A stretch of DNA of 64,000 nt from Squalus acanthias (GCA_030390025.1 CM059432.1:97156001-97220000); one strand, 5' to 3'; counted from the first letter of the stretch, positions 37,504 to 51,162 are shown. Notes: a model not told the origin generated them from the letters alone. Program-made: numbers and translations.

Positions 37504-39526
37504 TCACAACCTGGAGATAATGTCCAAAACACTAAACAAAAGTTTGAACACGAACCTGGGCCTTTCATAAAAAAATGACCAACATTTTGTCACACCTCCT
37601 ACTTTTTGCCCTTCGAGGGTGATCTCCTTCCCTTGCGCACTTTCCCCCCTTCCCACCCTACTGCTCCTCCGTAATGGGACCTCAGTGGCTGCAGCAAGGC
37701 TGGTGGAAGGCTGCTGATCGTCAGACCCTGACACTGCAGATGCCCCTGAAGGACGGCCTCGACCAGCTCTTGGCCTGGAGGGCCCGGCTGCAGACTGCAC
37801 CAACTCTGCATGGGCGGCAGCAGTCTGTCCTACAGGCGGTGGCAAGTGCAGTGGAGAAGTGACAGTGGTGGCAGCAGGAATGCTGTCATCTTGAGAGAGC
37901 GCAGCAACTCCCTGCTCGACCGACACACTGGCACTCCCACGGGGCAGCACTTCAGCATCCGGAGCAATCTGCTGGAGCACAGATTGCTGGCCTGCTGCGG
38001 TGCGGTGAGAGCCCCGGGGAAATGTGACTGCACCAGCGAGGATGGCAGCAGTCAGTGCTCGCGTGGCCTCAATGTGAGTCTGCATGAGAGCTGTCAGAGA
38101 TGGGGTCATGGCAGCCAATGACTGAATTGCAGCACTAAACATTTGCGTGGCATCCGCCTGTGCTACAGCGAAGTGCTCCACACTCCTTGCCAGTGATTCA
38201 ATGCATTCGGGCACCCTTCCTACCGCACCCATGAGCTCAGTGTGCATGTCTACTGCCTGGGTGTTCATTTCAGCGATCAGTCGATCCTCCTCTGCGTCCA
38301 GTGCAGTAGGACTCGCTGGCATACACTCCCTCCGGGGAGAAGGCCCCCGAGCTTCCCTAACCCCATCACGTTGCTGCAGCCTGCTGTGTCCTGGAGCTTC
38401 ACCCTCATCAGACCCTTCCCCCCTGCTCCCCTCCAGGGAAGGCGTGTTCCCAGTGTGGGCATGGGCTTCCTTGGGAGAGGGTGGCACTGATGCTCCGCCT
38501 TCATCTTCATCCTCTCCTGCAGCTTCACTCCCACTGGCAGCATGAGGGCCCGTCTCCTCAGCTGGTGAATCACCATCTGAAAGTAGGGAGGTACAAGAGT
38601 GGCTTTACTATGAGGACAGGGGGCAGTAAGGGAGGAAGGAGTGGAGCGATTTAGTAAGTTGGATTGAAAGTGTCAAAGGCTGGTGTTGTGAGGGACAAGT
38701 GGAAGGAGAGAGGACAAAAAGGTGATGACCTTACCATTGCTGTCCAGAACGGGGTCGGCGTCTCCAGTGGTGACGGGACTGATCACCCGACTTGCCACAA
38801 TCCTCTGGACGTGCGCCTCAAGATCGCTGAGGGGTTGCAGCTGAGGCCGCCCTCCACCCGTCCGTTGCTGCTGTCTCCTATTATGAGATAGCTTGGCCTG
38901 CAAGAAAAAGGACGGCGTCTGAGTAAATATACAGCCATGGTCTTGCCTGATGTGCCTCCCATGGATTAATAGCCCTTACTGTATGCAGCCATGGTCTTGC
39001 CTGATGTGCCTCCCATAGGTGAATAGCCCTTACTGTATGCAGCCATGGTCTTGCCTGATGTGCCTCCCATAGGTGAATAGCCCTTACTGCATGCAGCCAT
39101 GGTCTTGCCTGATGTGCCTCCCATAGGTGAATAGCCCTTACTGTATGCAAAGTGTGGAATATGTGTGTGTGTTTCATGAGAGAGCCATAGGTGTTATATG
39201 AGTGTTGGACATTGGGGATTTAAGACCCTCTGGCCATAGAGTGAGGTTGAGATGGAGGGATGGAGAGGTATGGAAAAATAGCCACTCTCCCTGACGACCC
39301 GAGTGAGGTTGTTGAACTTTTTTCGACATTGTATATGGGTCCTGGGCACCATGCTCCTGGAGGAGACGCTCTGAGCCACCTCCCTCCACACTCTTCTGTA
39401 CTCGCGCGGCAAAGGCCTCCTGCCACTCTCAGGGAAGAGTATAGATTTTCTGCACTCCACCGCGCCAACCAGAGCATCCAAGGCCCGCTCGCTGAAGCGC
39501 TGAGCTCGTTCTCTCACCCTCTCCAT
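37504..39526 (-). pseudogene. Harbinger Myb/SANT-like DNA-binding partner; exons 39526-39290, 38897-38735, 38576-37504
   Basis: Exon 1 RFSERALDALV..WREVA..RTHIQCRKKFNNL; acceptors ttgcag and tttcag, donor gtaagg; phases join in frame; the intron 1 donor reads GAGAGT. Confidence 0.88.
38932..39148. repeat. 54-bp tandem repeat, 4 copies, in the Myb gene intron 1
   Basis: Unit cagccatggtcttgcctgatgtgcctcccataggtgaatagcccttactgtatg. Confidence 0.95.
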
Positions 39527-40623
39527 AGTCCTTGGCTGGAAGATTTAGGCACAGGTCATCCAGGCCGAGATTCAAGGCTCCAATGAGCAGGGTGTGGCTG
39601 GAGTGCAAGATCGACCCTCCCCTTTAAGAACTGTCCAACGCCAGTGTGTCTCTGTTCAATCGCTAACTGACAGCACCTGCGCTGCGCCCGCGCTCTGAGT
39701 TAGCGCCTCGCTCCTCGGCCTTTGCGCCTTAAGACAGATGTGTAGTGCCTGATTTAGCGCTCCAATCACCTCCAGGGGCGATAAAAGTCAAGTTTGCAGT
39801 CGGAGGCGATAATTAGCGCCAGGCGCTAATCTTTGCGCCCGGCCGATAATTGCGCCCAAATGGGGCGATACCAAATTTCTCCCCAATTTACTTTTAACAT
39901 TGGGCCGATGATTTTGTTGAATCCTAGCTCAGATGCTGTCTGAATGCTAATTTCTGATCCACCTTCCACATATATTTTTCCAACTGTGATATTATATTGT
40001 CCCATAACTGGTTGAGCTTCTTTTGGTCCATATCTTAAATTGCTTTTTTGATGTAGTATGTATTGTCTCTGTCTGCTGTAGTGGTTTTCATTGACCAAGT
40101 TTATACTTACTCCAGGGACTAAGATTACATTCACAAAGTTATTCGGCATGAACCTCTGTCATTAGTTGTTTTGGATATGTTATATAACATGGCAGAAATT
40201 TATCCATTATCTGTATTGGATGAATTAAGGCCTCTATGGTGTATCCAAGCAGCATTATACACTTGCTACACTTTATACGTTGTGCTCCTTTGTGTACCAC
40301 CCCTTAGACAATTCTTGTCTCATTAGCTAATGATTTGATAGAATGTCCTGAGAAGTGTTTTGGTTTGCTGCCCAATCACTACAGTTTAGCTGTTGCAGAT
40401 CAGGATGCTTCAACAATTCAAATATTTATTACCTGATAATGTTATTCTGTTTCCATGCGTCATTTTGTTTACACTTGGTTTGTTGTGGAGTGTTTTGTTA
40501 CTGTTACAGTCCTGTGCTTGTTCCTGGAATTCTGACATCTTAAAAGTTTGAATCCATCAGCAAGTCTTTCAGACTCATGCTTGGATCCCCTTGCCCCTCA
40601 ACTGAGGCAGGTGATCCAGGATC

Positions 40624-41040
40624 AACAACAACTTGCATTTATATAGTGCCTTTGACGTAATAAAATGTCTCAAGGCACTTCACAGGAGCATTATAAAACA
40701 AAATTTGACACCAAGTCACATAAGGAGAAATTAGGGCAGATGACCAAAAACTTTTTCAAAGAGGTAGGTTTTAAGGAGCATGTTAAAGGAGGAGAGAGAG
40801 GTAGAGAGGCAGAGAGATTTAGGGAGGGAATTCCAGAGCTTAGGGCCTCGGCAGCTTAAGGCATTGCTGCCAATGGTAGTGAGATTAAAATCGGGGATGT
40901 GCAAGAGGCCAGAATTGGACTAGCACATATATCTCGGAGGGTTGTTGGGTTGAAGGAGGTTACAAAGATAGAGAGGGGTGAGGCCATGAAGGGATTTGAA
41001 AACAAGGATGAGAATTTTGAAATCGAGGTGTTGGAATAGT
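40624..41040 (-). mobile_element. L2-type LINE 3' end
   Basis: Tail acttgcatttatatagtgcctt and a degenerate L-WNSLP-like C-terminus on minus. Confidence 0.65.
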
Positions 41041-41329
41041 CAAGTCTACATTTGTTGCACTTCCTCGTGGCAATTGCTTTTTATAGTTGAGTGGCATCTC
41101 AATTTTAAAATTCCCCTCCCTAGTCTGACTCAAAAGATCTGCTGGGTTCAAGGTGGACAGAAGCAAAGACTGTACTGCCACCAATTGGACGGGATTCCCG
41201 CCAAACCAGAAAATCCAGGCACCTATGTTATTCAGTTAGCTGACTTTATACATCACAAAATATGGAATTGGTTTGTATAATTACACCATAACAGATCGTT
41301 ACCATCTCCATTGTCTCAAGCTTCTGTAT

Positions 41330-41645
41330 CAGGGCTAGTGGTGTGGAGGTTATGGTGCTGGACTAGCAACCAAGAAGACATCAATTTGAATCCCACCATG
41401 GCATATTGTGAAATTGAATTGAATTAATCAAGAAAAAATGCTGCTGAATGGTTCACCAATGTCCTTCAGGAAAGGGAACCGCTAGCCCTACCTGGTTGGC
41501 ATATGAGTCCAATCCCACACTATATGATTGACTCTTAATTCCCTCTGAAGTGGCATTCATCTACAAGTCACTCAACTGTAAAAACAATTGCCACCAGGGA
41601 GAGTAACAATGTAGCCTTGCCAACTCTGCCCACATACCTTATGAT
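41330..41645 (+). mobile_element. Decayed tRNA-derived SINE
   Basis: tRNA-like head and a gccttgcc...gcccacat tail shared with the LINE end near 50995-51015. Confidence 0.5.
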
Positions 41646-42679
41646 TTATAAACAAGATCTGCCACTTGTGTATGGCTATGTGATGGCAGAGAACTGGCAC
41701 TGACATCACTGTCAACTGGCTGTCGCGGTGCCATTCCAACAAAGTTATTGCTGGAGAACATTTCCCCATGAGGCTCATTAATCTGCTTGAGCATTGGACA
41801 GTGATCCTGTATCAGAGCTCTGAAACCTTCCCTGACACTTGTCTGTGGCCTTTCTCCAACAAAGTCTAACTCAGCTGTGACTGTTTCTTTAATTTTAGAT
41901 CCCAACGTCTCGAAAGCAGCAGTGAGAACATTCATGTCAGATGCTCGTACTGTGACAATGGCCTGCAGTCAGCAGTCAGACTTTGTTTCAGACAAACTCT
42001 TCCACCACATCTGGGTTGCTGGACTGTTCCACTTTAGCCAGACTACCTTCAACAGTCATGTGCAAGGAACCAAGTAACTGCTGAATACGTTCCTGCTGCT
42101 ATACCAGCCTTCCATTTGGAAGAAGACCCACAATGGTCTATATTGTCAGGGGGGACCTCTGCATTGCATGAGCTGGTTGCTCCTGACACTGCACCACTAG
42201 TACCCCATCATTAAAACTAAACTGTGGTTCACCCTGTGACTCCACAACAAGATCACTATCTGCAATATCTATATCTGTGTGGGTACTTGGTGGAAATGTG
42301 GAGATTCACAATTGGTGCTGATGATAAATGGCTACTCTAGTCCTACTAGAAATGGACTAGTTTCTTATTGCTATGAAGAAAGCTAATGGTACATTATGAA
42401 GAAAAAAATATTCATCAAGTATTGCATTGTCATTACCTACTTTATAATGCACCGTGCATGATCACTGTACCTAAACATGTTAATGCAACATATAGTAGAA
42501 ATCATAGAATATCTGAAGAATATATATACATGAAGAGTCGTGTGCTCCACTCCAACCTCTGTAGGCCATATTGTCCAAACTATCTCTGCCAAAAACATCA
42601 ATGATGGGATGTAAACATTTTCTGATATGAACCTGCACCAGCTGTTCAACATTGTATCCTTTAGTTTTTTGTTTAAACA

Positions 42680-43038
42680 CAGAAGTATTTAAAGTATTTG
42701 ACAGGGTAGATAGAGAGAAACTATTTCCTCTGGTGGTGGAGTCCAGAACAAGGGGACATAACCTTAAAATTAGAGCTAGGTACTTCAAGGGTAATGTCAA
42801 GAAGCACTTCTTCACACAAAGGGTAGTGGAAAACTGGAACTAACCCCAAAAAGCTGTTGAGGCTAGGCCAATTGAAAATTTCACAACTGAGATAGATTAT
42901 CTTTTATTAGGCAGGGTTATTCAGCATTATGGAACTATGGTGGGTAGATGGAGTTAAGATACAGATCAGCCAAGATCTAATTGAATGGTGGAACAGGCTC
43001 ATGGAGCTGAATGGCCAATTCCTGTTGCTATGTTCCTA
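42680..43038 (+). mobile_element. CR1 3' fragment
   Basis: FDRVDREKLFPL..HFFTQRVVENWN plus a CR1 tail. Confidence 0.85.
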
Positions 43039-43524
43039 GAAATAGCAATATAGACAGGGTGCGTTAGCCATGGTAATTTCTTCTTGAAGTATATTTTAAG
43101 TCGTATGATAGTATGGGCAATATTATTTACATAAACCTGCTATTTCACTGCAAAGAAATGCCTTGTTGAATTCTTGCTAATATTTTTCTGCAAGTAGTTT
43201 CCTTTTGCACACATTTTTTGCAGGCACATCTACCAGTGTCCGTGATGTGCTGACACATTTGTTTCCTTTTTTTTGGGGGGGTATTCTCCCAAACCAAATA
43301 AGCCATCTATGCACTACATTACAGGGTTTGCCAGGACATCTAAGACCTTGTTTTTAAATATTGTCTTTTCAGTTTTGTTGTACTGCCACTGCTGAGAAAA
43401 ATTGTGCATTCCACAGTAGCATCAATTAACTTTCAGATATTTATACCAGTTAAGTGGCTTGTTAGATGCTTGAAAAATGTTAAAGGATCATTATTGCTGG
43501 TATATCAAGGTTCACTGCTATTTA

Positions 43525-45290
43525 GAAACATAGAAACATAGAAGATAGGAGCAGGAGTAGGCCATTCGGCCCCTCGAGCCTGTTTCGCAATTTAATGAGA
43601 TCATGGGTGATCATCCAAATTCAGTACCCTGTCCCTGCTTTCTCCCCATATCCCTTGATCCCCTTAGCCTTAAGAAATATATCTAACTCCTTCTTGAATA
43701 TATTTAATTAATTGGCCTCAACTGTCTTCTGTGGTAGAGAATTCCACAGGTTCACCACTCTCTGGGTGAAGAAATTCCTCCTCATCTCAGTCCTAAATGG
43801 CTTACCCCTTATCCTTAGACTGTGACCCCTGGTTCTGGACTCCCCACCATTGGGAACATCCTTCCTGCATCTGGTCTGTCTAGTCCTGTTAGAATTTTAT
43901 AAGTTTCAATGAGATACCCTCTTATTCTTCTAAACTCTAGCGAATGTAAGCCTAATCGACCCAATCTCTCTTCATACGTCATTCCTGCCATCCCAGGTAT
44001 CAGTCTGATGAATCTTCGCTGCACTCTCTCCATGGCAAGAACATCCTTCCTCAGATAAGGCAACCAAAATTGCACACAATACTCAAGGTGTGGTCTCACC
44101 AAGGCCCTGTACAACTGCAGCAAGACATCCTTGCTCCTGTACTCGAATCCTCTCGCTATGAAGGCCAACATACCATTTGCCTTCTTAACCGTCTGCTGCA
44201 CCTGCATGATTACCTTCAGTGGCTGGTGCACAAGGACACCCAGGTCTCGTTGCACTTCCCCTTTTCCCAATCTATTGCCATTCAGATAATAATCTGTCTT
44301 CCTGTTTTTGCTACCAAAGTGGATAACCTCGCATTTATCCACATTATACTGCATCTGCCATGCATCTGCCCAATTACCAAACCTGTCCAAATCATACTGG
44401 AGTTTCTCTGCATCCTCCTCACAGCACACACGCCCACCCAGCTTTGTGTCGTCTGCAAACTTGGAGATATTACATCTAGTTCCGTCGTCTAGATCATTAA
44501 TATATATTGTGAATAGCTGGGGTCCTAGCACCGATCCCTGCGGTACCCTACTAGTCACTGCCTGCCACTCAGAAAAAGACCCATTTATTATAACTCTTTG
44601 TTGCCTGTCTTCCAACCAGTTCTCTATGCAAGTCAGTACCTTACACCCAATCCCATGTGCTTTAACTTTGCACGCTAAACTCTTATGCGGGACCTTATCG
44701 AAAGCCTTCTGAAAGTCCAAATACACCACTCCACTGGTTCTCCCTTATCTATTCTACCAGTTACATCCTCAAAAAATTCCAGTAGATTAGTCAAGCATGA
44801 TTTACCTTTTGGAAATCCATGTTGACTTTGTCCGATCCTGTCACTGTTTTCCAAGTGCTCTGCTATTACATCTTTTATAATGGACTCTAGCATTTTCCCC
44901 ACTACCGATGTCAGGCTTACCGGTCTATAATTCCCCGTTTTCTCTCTACCACCTTTTTTAAACAGTGGGGTTACATTAGCTACCCTCCAATCCATGGGAA
45001 CTGTTCCAGAGTCTATAGAATTTTGGAAGATGACCAGCAATGCATCTACTATTTCTAGGGCCACTTCCTTAAGTACCCTAGGATGTAGATTATCAGGCCC
45101 TGGGGATTTATCGGTCTTCAATCCCGTCAATTTCCCTAACACCATTTCCCTACAAATACTGATTTCATTCAGTTCCTCCCTCTCATTAGACCCTTTCCCA
45201 ACATCTCTGGGAGGTTATTTGTGTCCTCCTTTGTGAAGACAGAACCAAAGTATGTATTTAATTGGTCGGCCATTTCTTTGTTCCCCATTT
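43525..45290 (-). mobile_element. 5'-truncated CR1 (RT domain, frameshifted)
   Basis: ORFs 44675-45145 and 43815-44729 (NYRPVSLTS, PQGSVLGP, KFADD); (catagaaa)n tail. Confidence 0.93.
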
Positions 45291-46866
45291 GCTTGTTTCC
45301 ACTAATTAAATCTGTTTTAACAGAAAATGCATGTTCCAAAATTATGCATTCCTGTGATTTCACTTGTGGTTTCCAAATATTAAAAAAAGTAGGCCTCTCT
45401 TGTACTTTTGGAAAAGATGAACATTGGTCCCCTTAAATATGCCCAGCAATAGCAAGACAGGCATTATTGGAATCATCTCAATATTTAAAGATGTATGACA
45501 GTAAGTGTCAAAGACAAACAAAAAGGTCCACCAAAATTGTATTGAATTGTTTCAGTAAAGTAGAGGAACTCTTTCTAAGGGAGAATACAAGCTGTGAGCA
45601 TGAGCAGCTGTCCTGATTTAAATTGTATTGAAATGGGGAGTTTTTCACAAAGAGGAGGCAAATTCTTGGTAATACTGCATAGCTGCATCTTGATTTTACT
45701 ATGTTTAACATTTAACAGTACACAAGGCAACAAGGTCCAACATTAAACAATGAACATGAAATAGTTAGTAATCTTGAGAACGGGGAGTGTTTTGCTACTA
45801 ACAATCATGGAATCATTAGTTTTAATATTACAGCATGATAAGGACAAGAGAAATGAACAATAAAATTAATGTACCAAATTTCTAAAGAGCAGATTTTATT
45901 GCTGTGAAGGAGGGACTGGGGAGGGTGTGCTGGGAAATTATATTAGCATAGAAAATCACAAACAGAAAGAATGAATGCTTTTACATATAAACTGGTCTTA
46001 AAAGCAATTGCAAAACATTTTTGAATGCATTAAATATTTTGTTTGCAACTCATCAGATAATGAAGCAGTCTGTGCTCACATGCAGCAAGACCTGGACAAC
46101 ATTTAGGCATGGGTTGATAAGTGGCAAGTAACATTTGCACCACACAAGTGCTAGGCAATGACCATCTCCAACAACAGAGTCTAGCCATCTTCCCATGACA
46201 TTCAATGGGATTACTATTGCCGAATTCCCCATCTATTAATATCCTGGGGGGTCACCATTGATCAGAAACTTAACTGGACCAGCCACATAAGAACATAAAA
46301 ACAGAAGGATTAGGAGCAAGAGTAGGCCATACGGCCCCTCGAGCCTATTCAATAAGATCATGGCTGATCTTTGACCTCAACTCCACTTTCCCGCCCGATC
46401 CCCATATTCCTTGTTTCCCCTAGAGTCCAAAAATCTATCTATCTCAGCCTTCAATATACTCAATGATTCAGCATCCACAGCCCTTTGGGGTAGAGAATTT
46501 CAAAGATTCACAACCCTCTGAGTGAAGAAATTCCTCCTCATCTCGATCTTAAAAGGCCGACCTCTTATCCTGAGACCATGCCCCCTAGTTCTAGACTCTC
46601 CAGCCAGGGGAAACAACCTCTGAACATTTACCCTGTCAATCATCCTCAGAATCGTATATGTTTCAATGAGATCACCTCTCATTCTTCTAAACTCCTGAGA
46701 GTATAGGCCCAATCTACTCAATCTCTCCTCATAGGACAACCCCCTCATCCCAGGAATCAATCTAGGGAATCTTCGTTGCACCGCCACTAAGACAAGTATG
46801 CCCTTCTTCAGATAAAAGTGAGAAGTCGCACAACACCAGGTTATAGTCCAACAGTTTTATTTGAAA

Positions 46867-46904
46867 TCACAAGCTTTCGGAGCTGCTGCTCCTTCGTCAG
46901 GTGA
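46867..46904 (-). ncRNA. Minimal type I hammerhead ribozyme motif (intact core)
   Basis: Minus strand UCAC-CUGACGA-A-GGAGC AGCA GCUCC-GAAA-GCUU-GUGA. Confidence 0.75.
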
Positions 46905-47133
46905 AGTGAAGGAATACGAATCAGCAAAGCATATATAGACAGAGAACAATGCCTGTGCAGCGTACAATGTCAGACGACTACAGTTAATCTTTCTGACTGC
47001 CTTTTATCACACCTCGGCAGAGAGACAATCAGGTCAGTCAGGAAGGCATTATATCAAAGACATAGCAAAATACAACTAAGACAATGAGGTGGGGTCAATG
47101 TGTCAAATGCTGCAGTCTGTATGGAAAACCATA

Positions 47134-49049
47134 CAGACATGCATCAATGCCAGATTCATCAGCCGCACTCACAAGACAGTCCAGAATGTCACCCGAGCAC
47201 AACGCAACGCCATCCATGCTCTCAAGACCAACTGCAACATCGTCATCAAACCAGCGGACAAAGGAGGAGCCATCGTCATACAGAACAGAATGACTATTGC
47301 AAAGAAGCATACCGACAACTGGACAACCAGGAACACTACAGACAGTTACCCGCAGATCCGACCAAAGAACACACCCGCCAACTCAATAGACTGATCAAGA
47401 CCTTCGATCCAGACCTTCAAAGCATCCTACGCGCTCTCATCCCACGTACTCCCCGTGTGGGAGACTTCTACTGCCTCCCAAAGATACACAAAGCCAACAC
47501 ACCCGGACATCCTATCGTATCAGGCAACGGAACCCTTTGTGAGCACCTCTCTGGATACGTCGAGGGCATCCTGAAACCCATCGTACAGGGAACCCCCAGC
47601 TTCTGTCGCGACACTACCGACTTCTTACAGAAACTCAGCACCCATGGACCAGTTGAACCAGGAACACTCCTCGCCACGATGGGCGTATCAGCACTCTACA
47701 ACAGTATCCCCCACAATGACGGCATCGCTGCGACAGCCTCAGTACTCAACACCAACAACCGCCAATCTCTAGATGCCATCCTACAACTCATCCGCTTCAT
47801 CCTTGACAACAATGTCTTCATCTTCGACAACCAGTTTTTTACCCAAACACACGGAATAGCCATGGGGACCAAATTCGCACCCCAATACGCCAACATCTTC
47901 ATGCACAAGTTCAAGCAAGACTTCTTTGCTGCACAGGACCTCCAACCAACGCTGTACACCAGATACATCGACGACATTTTCTTCCTTCGGATCCATGGTG
48001 AAAGATCACTGAAAAGACTACACGATAACATCAACAAGTTCCATCCCACCATCAAACTCACCATTGACTACTCCTCAGAATCAGTTTCATTCCTGGACAC
48101 ACGAATCTCCATCAAAGACGGACACCTCAGCACTTCACTCTACCGCAAGCCCACGGACAACCTCACGATGCTCCACTTCTCCAGCTTCCACCCTAACCAC
48201 GTTAAAGAAGCCATCCCCTATGGACAAGCCCTGCGAATACACAGGATCTGCTCAGACGAGGAGGAACGCGATGGACACCTATGGACGCTAAAAGACGCCT
48301 TCGTAAGAACGGGATTTGACGCTCGACTCGTCAATCGACAGTTCCGACGGGCCACAGCGAAAAATCGCATAGACCTCCTCAGAAGGTGAACACGGGACAC
48401 AACCAACAGGGTACCCTACGTCGTCCAGTACTTCCCCGGAGCAGAGAAACTACGCCATGTTCTTCGCAGCCTTCAACATGTCATCGATGACGACGAACAC
48501 CTCGCTAAGGCCATCCCCACGGCTCCACTACTCGCCTTCAAACAGCCGCCTAAACTCAAAAGTACCATTGTTCGCAGCAAATTACCCAGCTTTCAGGAGA
48601 ACAGCGACCACGACACCACACAACCCTGCCACGGCAACCTCTGCAAGACATGCCAGATCATCAACACAGATACCATCGTCACATGTGAGGACACTACCCA
48701 CCAGGTACATGGTACATACTCATGTGACTCGGCCAACGTTGTCTACCTCATACGTTGCAGGAAAGGATGCACCGGAGCATGGTACATTGGCAAGACCATG
48801 CAGACACTGCAACAACATATGAACGGACACCGCGCAACAATCGCCAGGCAGGATTGTTACCTCCCAGTCGGGGAATACTTCAGCAGTCAAGGACATTCAG
48901 CCTCGGATTCGCGGGTTAGCGTTCTACAAGGCGGCCTTCGAGACACACGACAACGCAAAATCATCGAGCAGAAACTGATAGCCAAGTTCCGCACCCATGA
49001 GGACGGCCTCAACCGGGATCTTGGTTTCATGTCACGCTACATGACGTAG
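47134..49049 (+). pseudogene. Penelope RT + GIY-YIG endonuclease (frameshift near 47290, stop at 48387)
   Basis: IKPADKGGAIV, FYCLPKIHK, GIAMGTKFAP, YTRYIDDIF, Cys-rich linker (CHGNLCKTC), NVVYLIRC..WYIGKT, GLNRD. Confidence 0.93.
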
Positions 49050-49346
49050 AGTCATCCAGACTCGAGTCGTCGTTGGCTTATTCACAGATGTGATTTCCAG
49101 TAAAAAAAGTAAAAAGTTTAAAGTTTATGGTTTTCCATACAGACTGCAGCATTTGACCCCACCTCATTGTCTTAGTTGTATTTTGCTATGTGTTTGATAT
49201 AATGCCTTCCTGACTGACCTGATTGTATCTCTGCCGAGGTGTGATAAAAGGCAGTCAGAAAGATTAACTGTAGTCGTCTGACATTGTACGCTGCACAGGC
49301 ATTGTTCTCTGTCTATATATGCTTTGCCGATTCGTATTCCTTCACT

Positions 49347-49384
49347 TCACCTGACAAAGGAGCAGCAGCTCCGAAAGCTTGTGA
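49347..49384 (+). ncRNA. Hammerhead motif with G8>A core change
   Basis: tcac-ctgacAa-a-ggagcagcagctcc-gaaa-gctt-gtga. Confidence 0.65.
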
Positions 49385-51162
49385 TTTCAAATAAAACTGT
49401 TGGACTATAACCTGGTGTTGTGCGACTTCTCACTTTTGTCCACCCCAGTCCAACACCGGCATCTCCGCATCACTTCCTCAGATAAGGAGACCAAAACTGT
49501 GTACAGTACTCCAGGTGCAGTCTCACCAAGGCCCTGTACAATTGTAGCAAGACTTCCTTAACTCTTGTACTCCAACCCCCTTGCAATAAAGGTCAACATG
49601 TCATTTGCCTTCCTAATTGCTTGCTGTACTTGTATGCTAACTCTCTGTGTTTCCTGTACGAGGATACATAAATCTCTGAACACCAACAGTTAATAGTTTC
49701 TCACGATTTAAAAAAATATTCTGTTTTTCTATTCTTCCTACCAAAGTGAATAACCTCACATTTCCCCATATTATACTCCATCTGCCACCTTATTGCCCAC
49801 TCACTGAACCTGTCTATATCCCTTTGCAGGCTCTTTGAGTTCTCCTCACAGCTTACTTTCCCACCTAGCTTTGTATCTTCAGCTAACTTGGATACATTGC
49901 ACTCGGTCCCTTCATCTAAATCATTAATATAAATTGTAAATAGCTGAGGCCCAAGCACTGATCTTTGCAGCACCCCACTAGTTACAGCCTGCCAATTGAA
50001 ACTGACCTGTTTATCCCTACTCTGTTTTTGGTCCGTTAACCAATCCTCTATCCATGCTGATATATTATCCATAAGCCCTTATCTTCCGTAGCAACCTTTT
50101 ACGTAGCACCTTATCGAATGCCTTTTGGAAAACCAAATAAACTACATCCACTGATTTCCCTGTATCTACCCTACTAGTTACATCCTCAAAAAACTCTAAT
50201 AAATTCATCAACTGTCAATGATTTCCCTTTCATAAAACCATGTTGACTCTGCCTAATCATATTATGATTTTCTAAGTAACTGTTACCACTTCCTTAATAA
50301 TGGATTCCAGCATTTTCTCGACAACTGATGTCAGGCTAACTGGCCTGTATTTCCCTGTTTTCTCTCTCCCTCCTTTATTGAACAGCGGTGTTACATTTGT
50401 TACCTTCCAATCCACTGTGGCTACAAGAGCAGGTTATAGGCTGGGTATTCTGTGGCAAGTGACTCACCTCCTGACTCCCCAAAGCTTTTCCACCATCTAC
50501 AAGGCACAGTCAGGAGTGTGATGGAATGTTCTCCACTTGCCTGGATGAGTGCAGCTCCAACAACACTCAAGAAGCTCAATGCCATCCAAGACAAAGCAGC
50601 CCGCTTGATTGGCACCCCACCCACCACCTTAAACATTTACTCCCTCCACCACCGGCGTACTGTGGCTGCAGTGTGTACCATCTACAAAATGCACTGCAGC
50701 AACTCGCCAAGGCTTCTTTGACAGCACCTCCCAAACCCGCAACATCAACCGCCGAGAAGGACAAGGGCAGCAGGCTCATGTGAACATCATCACATGCAAA
50801 TTCCCCTCCAAGTCACACACCATCCTGACTTAATAATATATTACTGTTCTTTCATCATCACTGGGTCAAAATCCTGGCACTCCCTCCCTAACAGCACTGT
50901 GGGAGTACCTTCACCACATGGACTGCAGCGGTTCAAGAAGGTGGCTCACCACCACCTTCTCGAGGGCAGTTAGGGATGGGCAATAAATGCTGGCCTTGCC
51001 GGCGACGCCCACATCCTGTGAACGATTAAAAGAGAGCAAACAAGGAAGGATTGAAGGGTTTACTAAGAAGGGGGTGATAATGTAAAACGGCCGATATCAG
51101 ATCAGCCGCCCATTATAAACCTAAGTCAAAATTACCTCCAAGATATTTTTTTGAAATTCAAA

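Larger units (their letters stand above)
35607..39884. mobile_element. Near-intact full-length PIF/Harbinger transposon with two convergent genes
   Basis: TIR ggggaaaaaatt / aaatttctcccc; flanks att/aat; transposase on plus, spliced Myb/SANT gene on minus. Confidence 0.93.
46814..49472 (+). mobile_element. 5'-truncated Penelope-like element (Neptune type) with inverted pLTR
   Basis: Inverted repeat 46814-47133 / 49126-49437; 13-bp TSD cttc(t/c)tcagataa. Confidence 0.92.
46287..50413 (-). mobile_element. 5'-truncated CR1 interrupted by a Penelope element
   Basis: RT fragments at 49486-50413 continue into 46287-46815. Confidence 0.88.
46060..51030 (+). mobile_element. CR1-group LINE (second family) split into 46060-46290 and 50414-51030
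   Basis: The two halves join as ccacataa/actgtggc, contiguous in the related copy at about 56930-56970 (minus). Confidence 0.8.

Noticed and set aside
41639..42200. 98-aa minus-strand ORF
   Set aside because: No recognisable domain; possibly a decayed transposon remnant, but unsupported.
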